Shown in pieces: positions 8,124 through 15,560 of a DNA stretch of 15,560 nt. Each line of letters begins with the position of its first letter. Position 1 is the stretch's first letter. Below the pieces are notes generated by a model. It was not told the DNA's origin. It saw only the letters and a list, made by a program, of their open reading frames with translations, and did not search any database. The position numbers and the translations under genes are program-made. The stretch lies in the NCBI GenBank assembly GCA_038203565.1, contig JBBRDV010000030.1, positions 1 through 15,560 on the forward strand. The letters run 5' to 3'. Source of the DNA: Atribacterota bacterium (GTDB lineage Bacteria; Atribacterota; Phoenicimicrobiia; Phoenicimicrobiales; Phoenicimicrobiaceae).

Positions 8124-8185
8124 TGATATTAGTTTCTGTGTTTATGGTTATTTTTTATCGTTGTTACTGCACCCTTTCTCAATAT

Positions 8186-8213
8186 TTGACAAATCAAAAT
8201 ACCTGATTAAAAT
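8186..8213 (+). promoter_or_regulatory. Candidate distal sigma70 promoter for mscS
   Basis: TTGACA (8186-8191), 16 nt, TAAAAT (8208-8213). Confidence 0.5.
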
Positions 8214-8246
8214 AGGATGTGTCCCTATTATTCTATTTAAATAAAT

Positions 8247-8274
8247 TTGCAATATCAATAAGAATATATATAAT
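8247..8274 (+). promoter_or_regulatory. Candidate proximal sigma70 promoter for mscS
   Basis: TTGCAA (8247-8252), 16 nt, TATAAT (8269-8274). The very AT-rich context lowers specificity. Confidence 0.45.
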
Positions 8275-8363
8275 TAATATAGATTTTTTATTAAGTTTTT
8301 ATTTAATTAATAATTTATTACTTTCTTAGAGCTCGGAAACTTTTGACCAAAGGAGAATAAAAG

Positions 8364-9434
8364 ATGATTAATGACTTTTTCCAACAAACCTACTTCCAAA
8401 ACAGGGTTATCGATTATATAATTGTTATCGCAATTTTTATTCTACTCCTCATATCTATTAAAATTATAAAAAGCATCCTATTAAAGTTACTCAAAACTTG
8501 GGCAAAAAAGGCCACTACCAAAATAGATGATAAATTTGTAAAAGCCTTCGAACAAAAAATAAAACCTTTTCTAAATTTAATTTATTTTGGTGCTTTTTAT
8601 ATTAGTATTAAACAACTAACTATAGATTCGCATATTGAGAGATTTTTTAATATTTTCATCGTTATTCTTCTCACTTTCTTCGGAATTCAATTTTTATTAT
8701 CTATCACCATCTATGGGCTGGAAACTTACTGGGTAAAAAAAGAAAAAGACCTGGCTAAAAAACAAGCATTAAAAGGCATCATTACTGTGATAAAAATTAT
8801 CATCTGGAGCATTTTCTTTATTATTCTCTTGGATAATTTAGGCATTAAAATCTCAGCACTGGTTGCCGGTTTAGGAATTGGAGGTATTGCTATTGCTCTT
8901 GCAGCCCAAAGCGTTTTGGGAGATTTATTCAGTTATTTTATTATCTTTTTTGACCGGCCTTTTGAAATCGGTGATTTTATTATTATTGGCGATTTTTTGG
9001 GAACTGTAGAAGATATTGGCATTAAAACAACCCGACTGAGAAGTCTGGGTGGGGAAGAACTAATTTTTTCTAATCAGGATCTAACTAATTCCAGAGTAAG
9101 AAACTATAAACGAATGAATCGACGGCGAATTGTATTTAAATTTGGAGTTATCTATCAAACTACCTTAATACAATTAAAGAAAATACCCCAGATAGTTGAA
9201 GAAATTATTACTCAAATTCCAGAGGCAACCTTTGATCGAGCACATTTTGCTGCTTATGCTGATTTTAGTTTAAACTTTGAAGTTGTGTATTATATCAATA
9301 GTAGTGACTATAAAAAATATATGGATATTCAGCAAGAAATTAATTTTCAACTCAAAGAAACCTTCGAAAAACAAAAAATTGAATTTGCCTATCCTACTCA
9401 AACCGTATTTCTTACTAATGAAAATAAAAAATAA
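8364..9434 (+). CDS. mscS: Small-conductance mechanosensitive channel family protein
   Basis: ALVAGLGIGGIAIALAAQ pore helix, DRPFEIGDFI, GTVEDIGIKTTRLR, C-terminal IEFAYPTQTV; extra N-terminal TM segments; AAGGAG RBS. Confidence 0.93.
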   Translation: MINDFFQQTYFQNRVIDYIIVIAIFILLLISIKIIKSILLKLLKTWAKKATTKIDDKFVKAFEQKIKPFLNLIYFGAFYISIKQLTIDSHIERFFNIFIVILLTFFGIQFLLSITIYGLETYWVKKEKDLAKKQALKGIITVIKIIIWSIFFIILLDNLGIKISALVAGLGIGGIAIALAAQSVLGDLFSYFIIFFDRPFEIGDFIIIGDFLGTVEDIGIKTTRLRSLGGEELIFSNQDLTNSRVRNYKRMNRRRIVFKFGVIYQTTLIQLKKIPQIVEEIITQIPEATFDRAHFAAYADFSLNFEVVYYINSSDYKKYMDIQQEINFQLKETFEKQKIEFAYPTQTVFLTNENKK

Positions 9435-9469
9435 TTGATTTCCCCTTTACCTAACAAATTTAATTTCTT

Positions 9470-10537
9470 CTATAACCATTTTTTCTTCCGGAAATAAATT
9501 AACATGATAATACTTACCACTGCCATTATAAATAAAACACCAAAATATCCCCAATGCCACTGAAGTTCTGGCATATATGCAAAGTTCATTCCATAAATGC
9601 CAACAATAAAAGTTAAAGGAATAAATATAGTAGCTATTATGGTTAATACTTTCATTACTTCATTCATTTTATTGCTAATACTTGAAAGATAAATATCCAG
9701 CATCCCAGAAATCATATCTCGGAATGTTTCTATGGTATCAATGACCTGAATGCTATTTTCGTAAACATCCCTTAGATATATACCAGTAGATTCTTCAATA
9801 AGTGATGATTCTGTTCTTTCTAAACCGCTTATTACTTCTCTCAACGGCCAAACTGATTTACGCAAAAATATCATCTCTCTCTTTAAGTGGTGAATTCCTT
9901 GTAGGGTATTTGGTGTAGGATTAGCTAATAGTTTTTCCTCCATCTCCTCAATCTTTTCACCGGTTCCTTCCAAGATTACAAAATAGTTATCAACTATGGC
10001 ATCTATTAAGGTATATGCAAGATAATCAGCCCCTGATTTTCTCATTTTTCCCTTTCCTATTCTAATTCTCTCTCTGATAGAATTGAAAACATCACCTTCT
10101 CTCTCTTGAAAAGAAATAACGAAATTTAAACCAAGAATTAGGCTAACTTGCTCAATCTCTATTTCATTCTTTTTTTCATTACAACAATAAATCATTTTCA
10201 AGATAATAAAGATATAATCTCCAAAATCTTCTATTTTGGGACGTTGGTCAGTATTCATAATGTCTGCTAATAGAAGAGGGTGCAAACCTACATGTTCTCC
10301 TATTTTTCCCATGATTTCAGCGTCGTGAATACCATTTATGTTTAACCAGGTAATAACGGGCTTACCCTTAAAAGGAAAACATTCCTCGATTTTTTTTATT
10401 TCTCTCTCTTGATATTGTGCTTCATCATAACTAATAAGTGTAATTTCCACATTTTCGATCTTCTTATCTCCTATATGAATAAGAGTCCCGGGAGGAAGAC
10501 CGATCTTTTTTGATCTCTTCTTAACTAGTTTGGGCAT
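9470..10537 (-). CDS. corA: Magnesium/cobalt transporter CorA
   Basis: GLPPGTL N-terminus, LHPLLLADI...QRPKIE, GIYGMNF and MPEL signature, two C-terminal TM helices, basic KKKWL tail; GAGGTG RBS. Confidence 0.96.
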   Translation of the reverse strand: MPKLVKKRSKKIGLPPGTLIHIGDKKIENVEITLISYDEAQYQEREIKKIEECFPFKGKPVITWLNINGIHDAEIMGKIGEHVGLHPLLLADIMNTDQRPKIEDFGDYIFIILKMIYCCNEKKNEIEIEQVSLILGLNFVISFQEREGDVFNSIRERIRIGKGKMRKSGADYLAYTLIDAIVDNYFVILEGTGEKIEEMEEKLLANPTPNTLQGIHHLKREMIFLRKSVWPLREVISGLERTESSLIEESTGIYLRDVYENSIQVIDTIETFRDMISGMLDIYLSSISNKMNEVMKVLTIIATIFIPLTFIVGIYGMNFAYMPELQWHWGYFGVLFIMAVVSIIMLIYFRKKKWL

Positions 10538-10590
10538 TACAATTCACCTCGTGATTCAATATTTTTATACTTTTTAGAAAACAACCAATA

Positions 10591-10665
10591 CCTTGTCTTG
10601 CAAGGCTTTTTTAGCGCCTTATCTTTATTGTTCGCTTCCACTCTTGAAATCCTTATCTAATAAGG
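10591..10665. repeat. Two related 15-bp palindromes plus a half copy upstream of corA
   Basis: CCTTG-TCTTG-CAAGG (10591-10605), CCTTAT-CTA-ATAAGG (10651-10665) and CCTTATCT (10617-10624). Confidence 0.6.
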
Positions 10666-10703
10666 GGTATAGTAAGGTTATCGATTAATTTCTGCCTATT
10701 TTA

Positions 10704-10928
10704 TTAACTTTTAGAGGGTTCGTCCACTCTTTTCTTTTGATGAAAGGAATAACTATGCACTAGCCATCCAATGATAACTCCTATCGCCAGTAAGAAGAAC
10801 ATAAGTAAGGATCGTGACATAGATAGCGTCCAGAATAAGAAGCGGATTTCAACAACAACGACATTTTGAACTATGAAGAGGACCGAAAAACCTGCGAGTA
10901 TTAAGGCTAAGATTAACTTAAAGTTCAT
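10704..10928 (-). CDS. LapA/DUF1049 family small membrane protein
   Basis: 74 aa, two TM segments flanking FIVQNxxxVEIRFLFW, typical of the LapA domain; AGGAGG RBS. Confidence 0.8.
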   Translation of the reverse strand: MNFKLILALILAGFSVLFIVQNVVVVEIRFLFWTLSMSRSLLMFFLLAIGVIIGWLVHSYSFHQKKRVDEPSKS

Positions 10929-11134
10929 TTTTAACCTCCTTCCGGATCAATTTTAAGAGATCTATCCTATATTGATTGATGCCTAATATATTTAAAATAC
11001 GTTATAAACTTATAAAATCCTTCTTTTTATTAAAAATATTAAAAATAAAATATCTTTACCTAAAATGCTAAAGAGTTAATATTTTTCTGGTTTTTTAGTT
11101 TGAGCGTGTTATGGTTATAAAATTATATCAATTA

Positions 11135-11143
11135 TGTTATAAT
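11135..11143 (+). promoter_or_regulatory. Candidate extended -10 promoter for tamB
   Basis: TGtTATAAT; poor -35 (TTATAA at 17 nt); AT-rich background. Confidence 0.35.
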
Positions 11144-11282
11144 TTAATAAAATAAAGGATTTTGAAGAAAAACTATCATCTAACACTCTAATTTCATCTG
11201 CAATTATATTATGATATTATTCATTCATTTCATATTTAATCTATCATTTTTAAATCTTTTTAGTTGATGAGGTAAAATTAAT

Positions 11283-14200
11283 TTGATTACTCTGTATAAA
11301 AGAAGGTTTCTTTTATTCTTTTTAATGGTTATAGTGTGTATTATCATTTTAGGATCAAGCTACCTTTTTATTTTAAATAGCCAACCATTTAAAGATTATC
11401 TAAAACCAATAATCGTTAAGCAATTAGAAAATAATCTGGGCAAAAGCGTGCATATAGAAGAAATTCAATCGCTCTCTTTCCATTCATTAATATTTTCTAA
11501 TCTAGTTATTTTAGAAAATACTACAGCCGGAGAAAATATTACTTTGTTAGAAGCAGAGAGGGTTACAGTAAATTTCCGGTTTACATTATCCTTTCCACAA
11601 TTTAAAAACTGGCAATTAGCTATCACACAGCTTACCCTTCAAAAGGCTAACTTAAATCTTCAACGAGATATACAAGGAGATTTTGATATGGTAAAAAATC
11701 TCAATCTTCAGCCGGAAATGATTAAAAATAATTTTACTTTTAATAAAATTTATTTTAAAGATAGTTCCCTCCTCTTTCAAGATGATTTTGCCTATCAGAA
11801 CGAAAGATTGTCCACTGAGGTTAAAAACCTAAATGGCTTTTTTAATTTAAATAACTTACCTGAAGTTAAATTTGAATTTAATGGTTTAATAGAAGAAGAT
11901 AACTCACCAATTGCCCTACAAGGATATTTATTTATTGATCAACCTCGCTATTCCCTAAATTTTCAGCTTAAAAATGCTGATATGATGCATTTTCAACATT
12001 ATATAAATGGGCTCGAACTGTTAAATCTGGAAAAGGGTCGATTTGATTTACAACTAGTCTTAAACTCTGATCCAAGGCTAGAGCCTGCTAAAATATCCTG
12101 GCAGGGCGAAGCATCATTTCAAGGAGTTGATTTAAGACCTGACTCTCTCAATAGAATATTCCTTGAAAATGCTCATGGTTTAATTCAATTTAAAGAATCA
12201 GAGATTCAAATCAATACCTTTCAAGGATTCTTTCATAACCAACCTTTCAATCTCACGGGGATACTTTCCTTTAAAGAAATAGTCAATTTTAATCTTGATT
12301 TAAAAACAAATGACTTTCCTTTAACTGTTTTAAAGGAAGAGTTGGAAGGATATATTTCAGAAACCAGTCTTTTATTAGAAGGGGACATCTCTCTGGATGT
12401 CAATTTAAAAGGTAATCTTAATGACTTCCAGGCAAAAGGCAAACTCAACTCTTTACTGCTTAACATAGACGGCTGGCAATTACAAAACTCTAACCTTCTA
12501 TTCTCTTTTAAGGAAGAACAACTTACGATAAAATCTCTCGAGACCCAATGGGAAAATACTAAAATAATAATAGATGGAATAATTGATTGGGAAAAACCAA
12601 CTCCGGTTTATAAATTTTTTGCAAAGGTCAAGGAACTTGATTTGGAAAATTCTGCCTTTAAGAAAATAACTTTTTTAGATTCATTTTCAGGCAGCTTATC
12701 TGGAAATTTCATCATAGAAGGAAATCTTCTTGCGAATTCACCTATAAATTTAACCGGTCAACTAACTGCACAAGAAGTGAAATTACTGAAAAATAAATTG
12801 CAAGAACCCATTACTGCCCAATTGGAAATGAAAATTATCAATTCTTCTTCCTTCGAGTTAAATAAACTTGCCTTATTTTATCTTCATAATCAATTTAATC
12901 TATCTGGAAAATTGGATTCAAAAAATCAACTGGACTTTCAATTCAATAGTGATAATATTTCCTTAAAAGATTTCTCCTTTTTATTTGACATTGATGAATT
13001 AAGAGGAATTTGTAATATTACTGGAAAAATTCAGGGTTCAACTTCTCAACCTCAAATAGAGAGCAGGGCACAATTAAAGAGCGTTAATTGGGAAAATTTA
13101 GCTGTAGATAATTTTGAAGGAGAAATATCCTATCAATTTCCTTTCTTACAATTGAAAAAGATTATTTTAGACACTAATAGTATCAGTTTAACTGCCGCTG
13201 GACAGGTTGACCTTCAAAAAGATAGCCAAAAACAAGTTGATCTAAAACTTCAACTAAGCAGATTAGATATGAATTATTTAAGCGAATTATTTGCTTTTGA
13301 GGAGTCTTTATCCGGATGGGCCCATGGTTTTGCTAACCTTCAAGGTAATTGGCCAGATATTTCTCTGGACAGTCAATTAGATTTAGAGGAAATTTCTATA
13401 AATAATTATTATCTGGGTAGGGGAAATTTCCATTTTAAATTAACAACAGATGCAATTTCTTCTGTAAATACTCCCCTTTCTGGGCAAAAGAATTATTCGG
13501 ATTGGAACATAAATAATTATCAACTGACCATTGAAGAATTGAGCTTTAAGCAGTCAGAAATGCAAATCAATGCTCAAGGAAAAGCAGATTTAAAAAAAGG
13601 ATCTAAAATCACCCTCAGTGAATTATTAATAAAACAGCAGAAAGGACAGTTTTTAGCCAAAGGATGGCTGGACTTTACTCAAAATTCATTAGATATAGAA
13701 TTCAAAGCAAGTGAATTCGATTTAAACAACCTGGCTCAACTTATTGGATTCAAAGAAGATATAAAAGGAAATCTGAATATTACCGGAACTTACCAGGGCT
13801 CACTTAAGAACCCCAGTGTATCTGTTTCTGCTCAGATAGAAGACGGCACCTTCCGTAATTTTAAATTTGAGGATCTTCAAAGTAATATTAATTGGAAAGA
13901 GGACAATCTAGAAATACAAGAATTAATCATCTCTTACCAGAAGGATTTTCAAATTAAAGCTCAAGGCAAAATGCCCTTTCCTTTTATTGCCTCTGATAAA
14001 AAAGAGGACCAAGATCAAGACTTTAATCAATTACCTTTGAACTTTAAAGTCAGTTTGGAAAATACCGATTTAAGTTTCATAAAAATATTTTGGGATAAAA
14101 ACTTTAAAGAAGTTAAAGGGATCACCAATCTTATTTTAAATTTATCGGGCACCGTCGGTCAGCCCATTCTTAATGGACATCTTACCCTTGATCAGGGAAG

Positions 14201-15338
14201 TTTAGAATTAACCTCTATCCCGCTTAAGTTAGATAACATAGAAACTAAAGTTGAAATTGTTAATAATCTGGTAAAAATTCCTCAAATGACTTTTATAATG
14301 GATAATAATTTAATTTATGTTTCCGGAGATTTCAAATTGGTTAATTTTCAACCTGATAATTTTAGAATTAAAATATGGAATGAAGGAGGAAAATTAATCT
14401 ATGAAGATATTTTAACTGCCCAAACGAATTTCCAGGCTGAAATTAATGGATCCATCGATTTCCCTCAAATAAAAGGCGAATTTATTTTCTCTGAAGGAGA
14501 ATTAAATTGGACACCGGGTTATCAATTTATCCCTGATAAAAATGACTCTTTAACACCTTTAAAAGGTAGCGTAGATCTTTCGGTTAAAATTCTAAAAGAT
14601 TTTCAGTTTAAAGCTCCTAATATAGATCTGAGATTAGATGGAGAAGTAAAAATTCAAGGGGATTTACCCCAGCCCGTTTTCACCGGCCGATTAACCGTGG
14701 GGAAAGGATATTTTGTATTCCTTGAACAAAAATTTCAATTTTCTGAAGGTAAATTATTACTGAATGAATTTACCGGTCCTGATGTATTACTGGATATTAA
14801 AGCTAACACTAAAATAAACCAGGTTACTATCTTTTTAAAAATTTCCGGAAATCTTTCTGACCCTCAGATATCACTCTCCTCCCAACCTGCTTTATCTGAA
14901 GCAGAAATTATTTCTTTATTAACTTTAAATAGAAATATTAGCGGCTTATCAGCGGGAGAGGTTGATGAATTATTAAGGGGAGAAATTTTCAATTTAATTT
15001 TTCAAGGCCTAAGTATTAATTTTCTTAGAAAAGCTGAAAATCAGATCGCTAAGTCTCTAGGGCTGGATGTCTTTCGAATAGAAACCATATTTAAGGAAAA
15101 TGGTGAGATAACTCCCTTTTATGATTTAAATTTTAAAACATTCGGAATAGAAGTAGGCAAAAGCATTACCGAAGACCTGTTTCTTACCTATTCTACTTCT
15201 CTTGATGGATTCAGCGAAAGGAGTTTTAGCATGGATTATCAATTTAAACCAGATCTATCCTTTACTGCCGAGATAAACACCTATGAACAAGAAAAGAGCG
15301 GTACTGGAATTAAAATAGGTTTACAATTTGAGTTTTAA
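11283..15338 (+). CDS. tamB: TamB (DUF490) / AsmA-like periplasm-bridging protein
   Basis: Single N-terminal TM anchor, about nine amphipathic 'G...I.G.L..P' beta motifs, and a DUF490-type C-terminus (SGNLSDPQISLSSQPALSEAEIISLL...LGLDVFRIE...EVGKSITEDLFLTYS) ending QFEF. TTG start with GAGGT upstream. Confidence 0.88.
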   Translation: MITLYKRRFLLFFLMVIVCIIILGSSYLFILNSQPFKDYLKPIIVKQLENNLGKSVHIEEIQSLSFHSLIFSNLVILENTTAGENITLLEAERVTVNFRFTLSFPQFKNWQLAITQLTLQKANLNLQRDIQGDFDMVKNLNLQPEMIKNNFTFNKIYFKDSSLLFQDDFAYQNERLSTEVKNLNGFFNLNNLPEVKFEFNGLIEEDNSPIALQGYLFIDQPRYSLNFQLKNADMMHFQHYINGLELLNLEKGRFDLQLVLNSDPRLEPAKISWQGEASFQGVDLRPDSLNRIFLENAHGLIQFKESEIQINTFQGFFHNQPFNLTGILSFKEIVNFNLDLKTNDFPLTVLKEELEGYISETSLLLEGDISLDVNLKGNLNDFQAKGKLNSLLLNIDGWQLQNSNLLFSFKEEQLTIKSLETQWENTKIIIDGIIDWEKPTPVYKFFAKVKELDLENSAFKKITFLDSFSGSLSGNFIIEGNLLANSPINLTGQLTAQEVKLLKNKLQEPITAQLEMKIINSSSFELNKLALFYLHNQFNLSGKLDSKNQLDFQFNSDNISLKDFSFLFDIDELRGICNITGKIQGSTSQPQIESRAQLKSVNWENLAVDNFEGEISYQFPFLQLKKIILDTNSISLTAAGQVDLQKDSQKQVDLKLQLSRLDMNYLSELFAFEESLSGWAHGFANLQGNWPDISLDSQLDLEEISINNYYLGRGNFHFKLTTDAISSVNTPLSGQKNYSDWNINNYQLTIEELSFKQSEMQINAQGKADLKKGSKITLSELLIKQQKGQFLAKGWLDFTQNSLDIEFKASEFDLNNLAQLIGFKEDIKGNLNITGTYQGSLKNPSVSVSAQIEDGTFRNFKFEDLQSNINWKEDNLEIQELIISYQKDFQIKAQGKMPFPFIASDKKEDQDQDFNQLPLNFKVSLENTDLSFIKIFWDKNFKEVKGITNLILNLSGTVGQPILNGHLTLDQGSLELTSIPLKLDNIETKVEIVNNLVKIPQMTFIMDNNLIYVSGDFKLVNFQPDNFRIKIWNEGGKLIYEDILTAQTNFQAEINGSIDFPQIKGEFIFSEGELNWTPGYQFIPDKNDSLTPLKGSVDLSVKILKDFQFKAPNIDLRLDGEVKIQGDLPQPVFTGRLTVGKGYFVFLEQKFQFSEGKLLLNEFTGPDVLLDIKANTKINQVTIFLKISGNLSDPQISLSSQPALSEAEIISLLTLNRNISGLSAGEVDELLRGEIFNLIFQGLSINFLRKAENQIAKSLGLDVFRIETIFKENGEITPFYDLNFKTFGIEVGKSITEDLFLTYSTSLDGFSERSFSMDYQFKPDLSFTAEINTYEQEKSGTGIKIGLQFEF

Positions 15339-15403
15339 ATAAAGATTTGGCCCCTTTTCTTTTTCAAGCCCTCCACAAAAAAATAGGACCTGTTTATTTA
15401 TTA

Positions 15404-15560
15404 TTATCCGTTAAAGGTTATCAATACTTTTTTAATATCATGCAAAAACTCAATCTTTTCCTTTATCTCTTCCTTGATTGAATTGACAAATTGATGATTT
15501 TCCGGCAGGTCAACATCTATTTCAACTATCCCTTCTTTTAACTCTATTTTTTTTATTAAT
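15404..15560 (-). CDS. 3' end of a gene, DUF59/FeS-assembly-P (SufT/PaaD-like) domain-like
   Basis: Not in the ORF track; hand translation from 15559: LIKKIELKEGIVEIDVDLPENHQFVNSIKEEIKEKIEFLHDIKKVLITFNG*, followed by two more in-frame TAA codons. The beta-beta-alpha-beta pattern resembles DUF59; family call is tentative. Confidence 0.55.
   Translation of the reverse strand, partial: LIKKIELKEGIVEIDVDLPENHQFVNSIKEEIKEKIEFLHDIKKVLITFNG

Noticed and set aside
9435..9469. Bidirectional terminator between convergent mscS and corA
   Set aside because: No convincing stem-loop in the 35-nt gap.
10591..10612. Intrinsic terminator (hairpin plus T-run)
   Set aside because: Only a 5-bp stem, and the T-run is on the plus strand while the flanking genes are minus; better read as one of the paired palindromes.
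10929..11282. Hidden small gene, CRISPR array or ncRNA in the lapA-tamB spacer
   Set aside because: Very AT-rich, with no regular repeats or stable stems that I could see and no ORF in the track.
12233..12466. 77-aa minus-strand ORF
   Set aside because: Antisense shadow of tamB.

Overview
AT-rich bacterial chromosomal window from a diderm (TolC, TamB and LapA-type genes). A low-GC anaerobe such as Atribacterota/JS1 is my impression only. The left half is one co-oriented minus-strand run: AbrB/MazE/SpoVT-type regulator, TolC-family outer-membrane factor, membrane fusion protein, AcrB-family RND pump, LysE-family exporter, cobC-like phosphatase and cobT (truncated at the window edge). It is preceded by a near-consensus sigma70 promoter with candidate operator repeats. 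Then come mscS (+), corA (-), a small LapA-domain gene (-), a 1351-aa TamB/AsmA-like gene (+) with no neighbouring tamA/bamA, and the 3' end of a convergent DUF59-like gene missed by the ORF track. I saw no CRISPR, RNA gene or transposase. Best leads: (1) an RND efflux operon headed by a toxin-less AbrB-fold regulator and running into cobamide lower-ligand genes; (2) paired HxxxE/HxxxD motifs in the LysE protein; (3) paired 15-bp palindromes upstream of corA; (4) an apparent in-frame repeat truncation in TamB.
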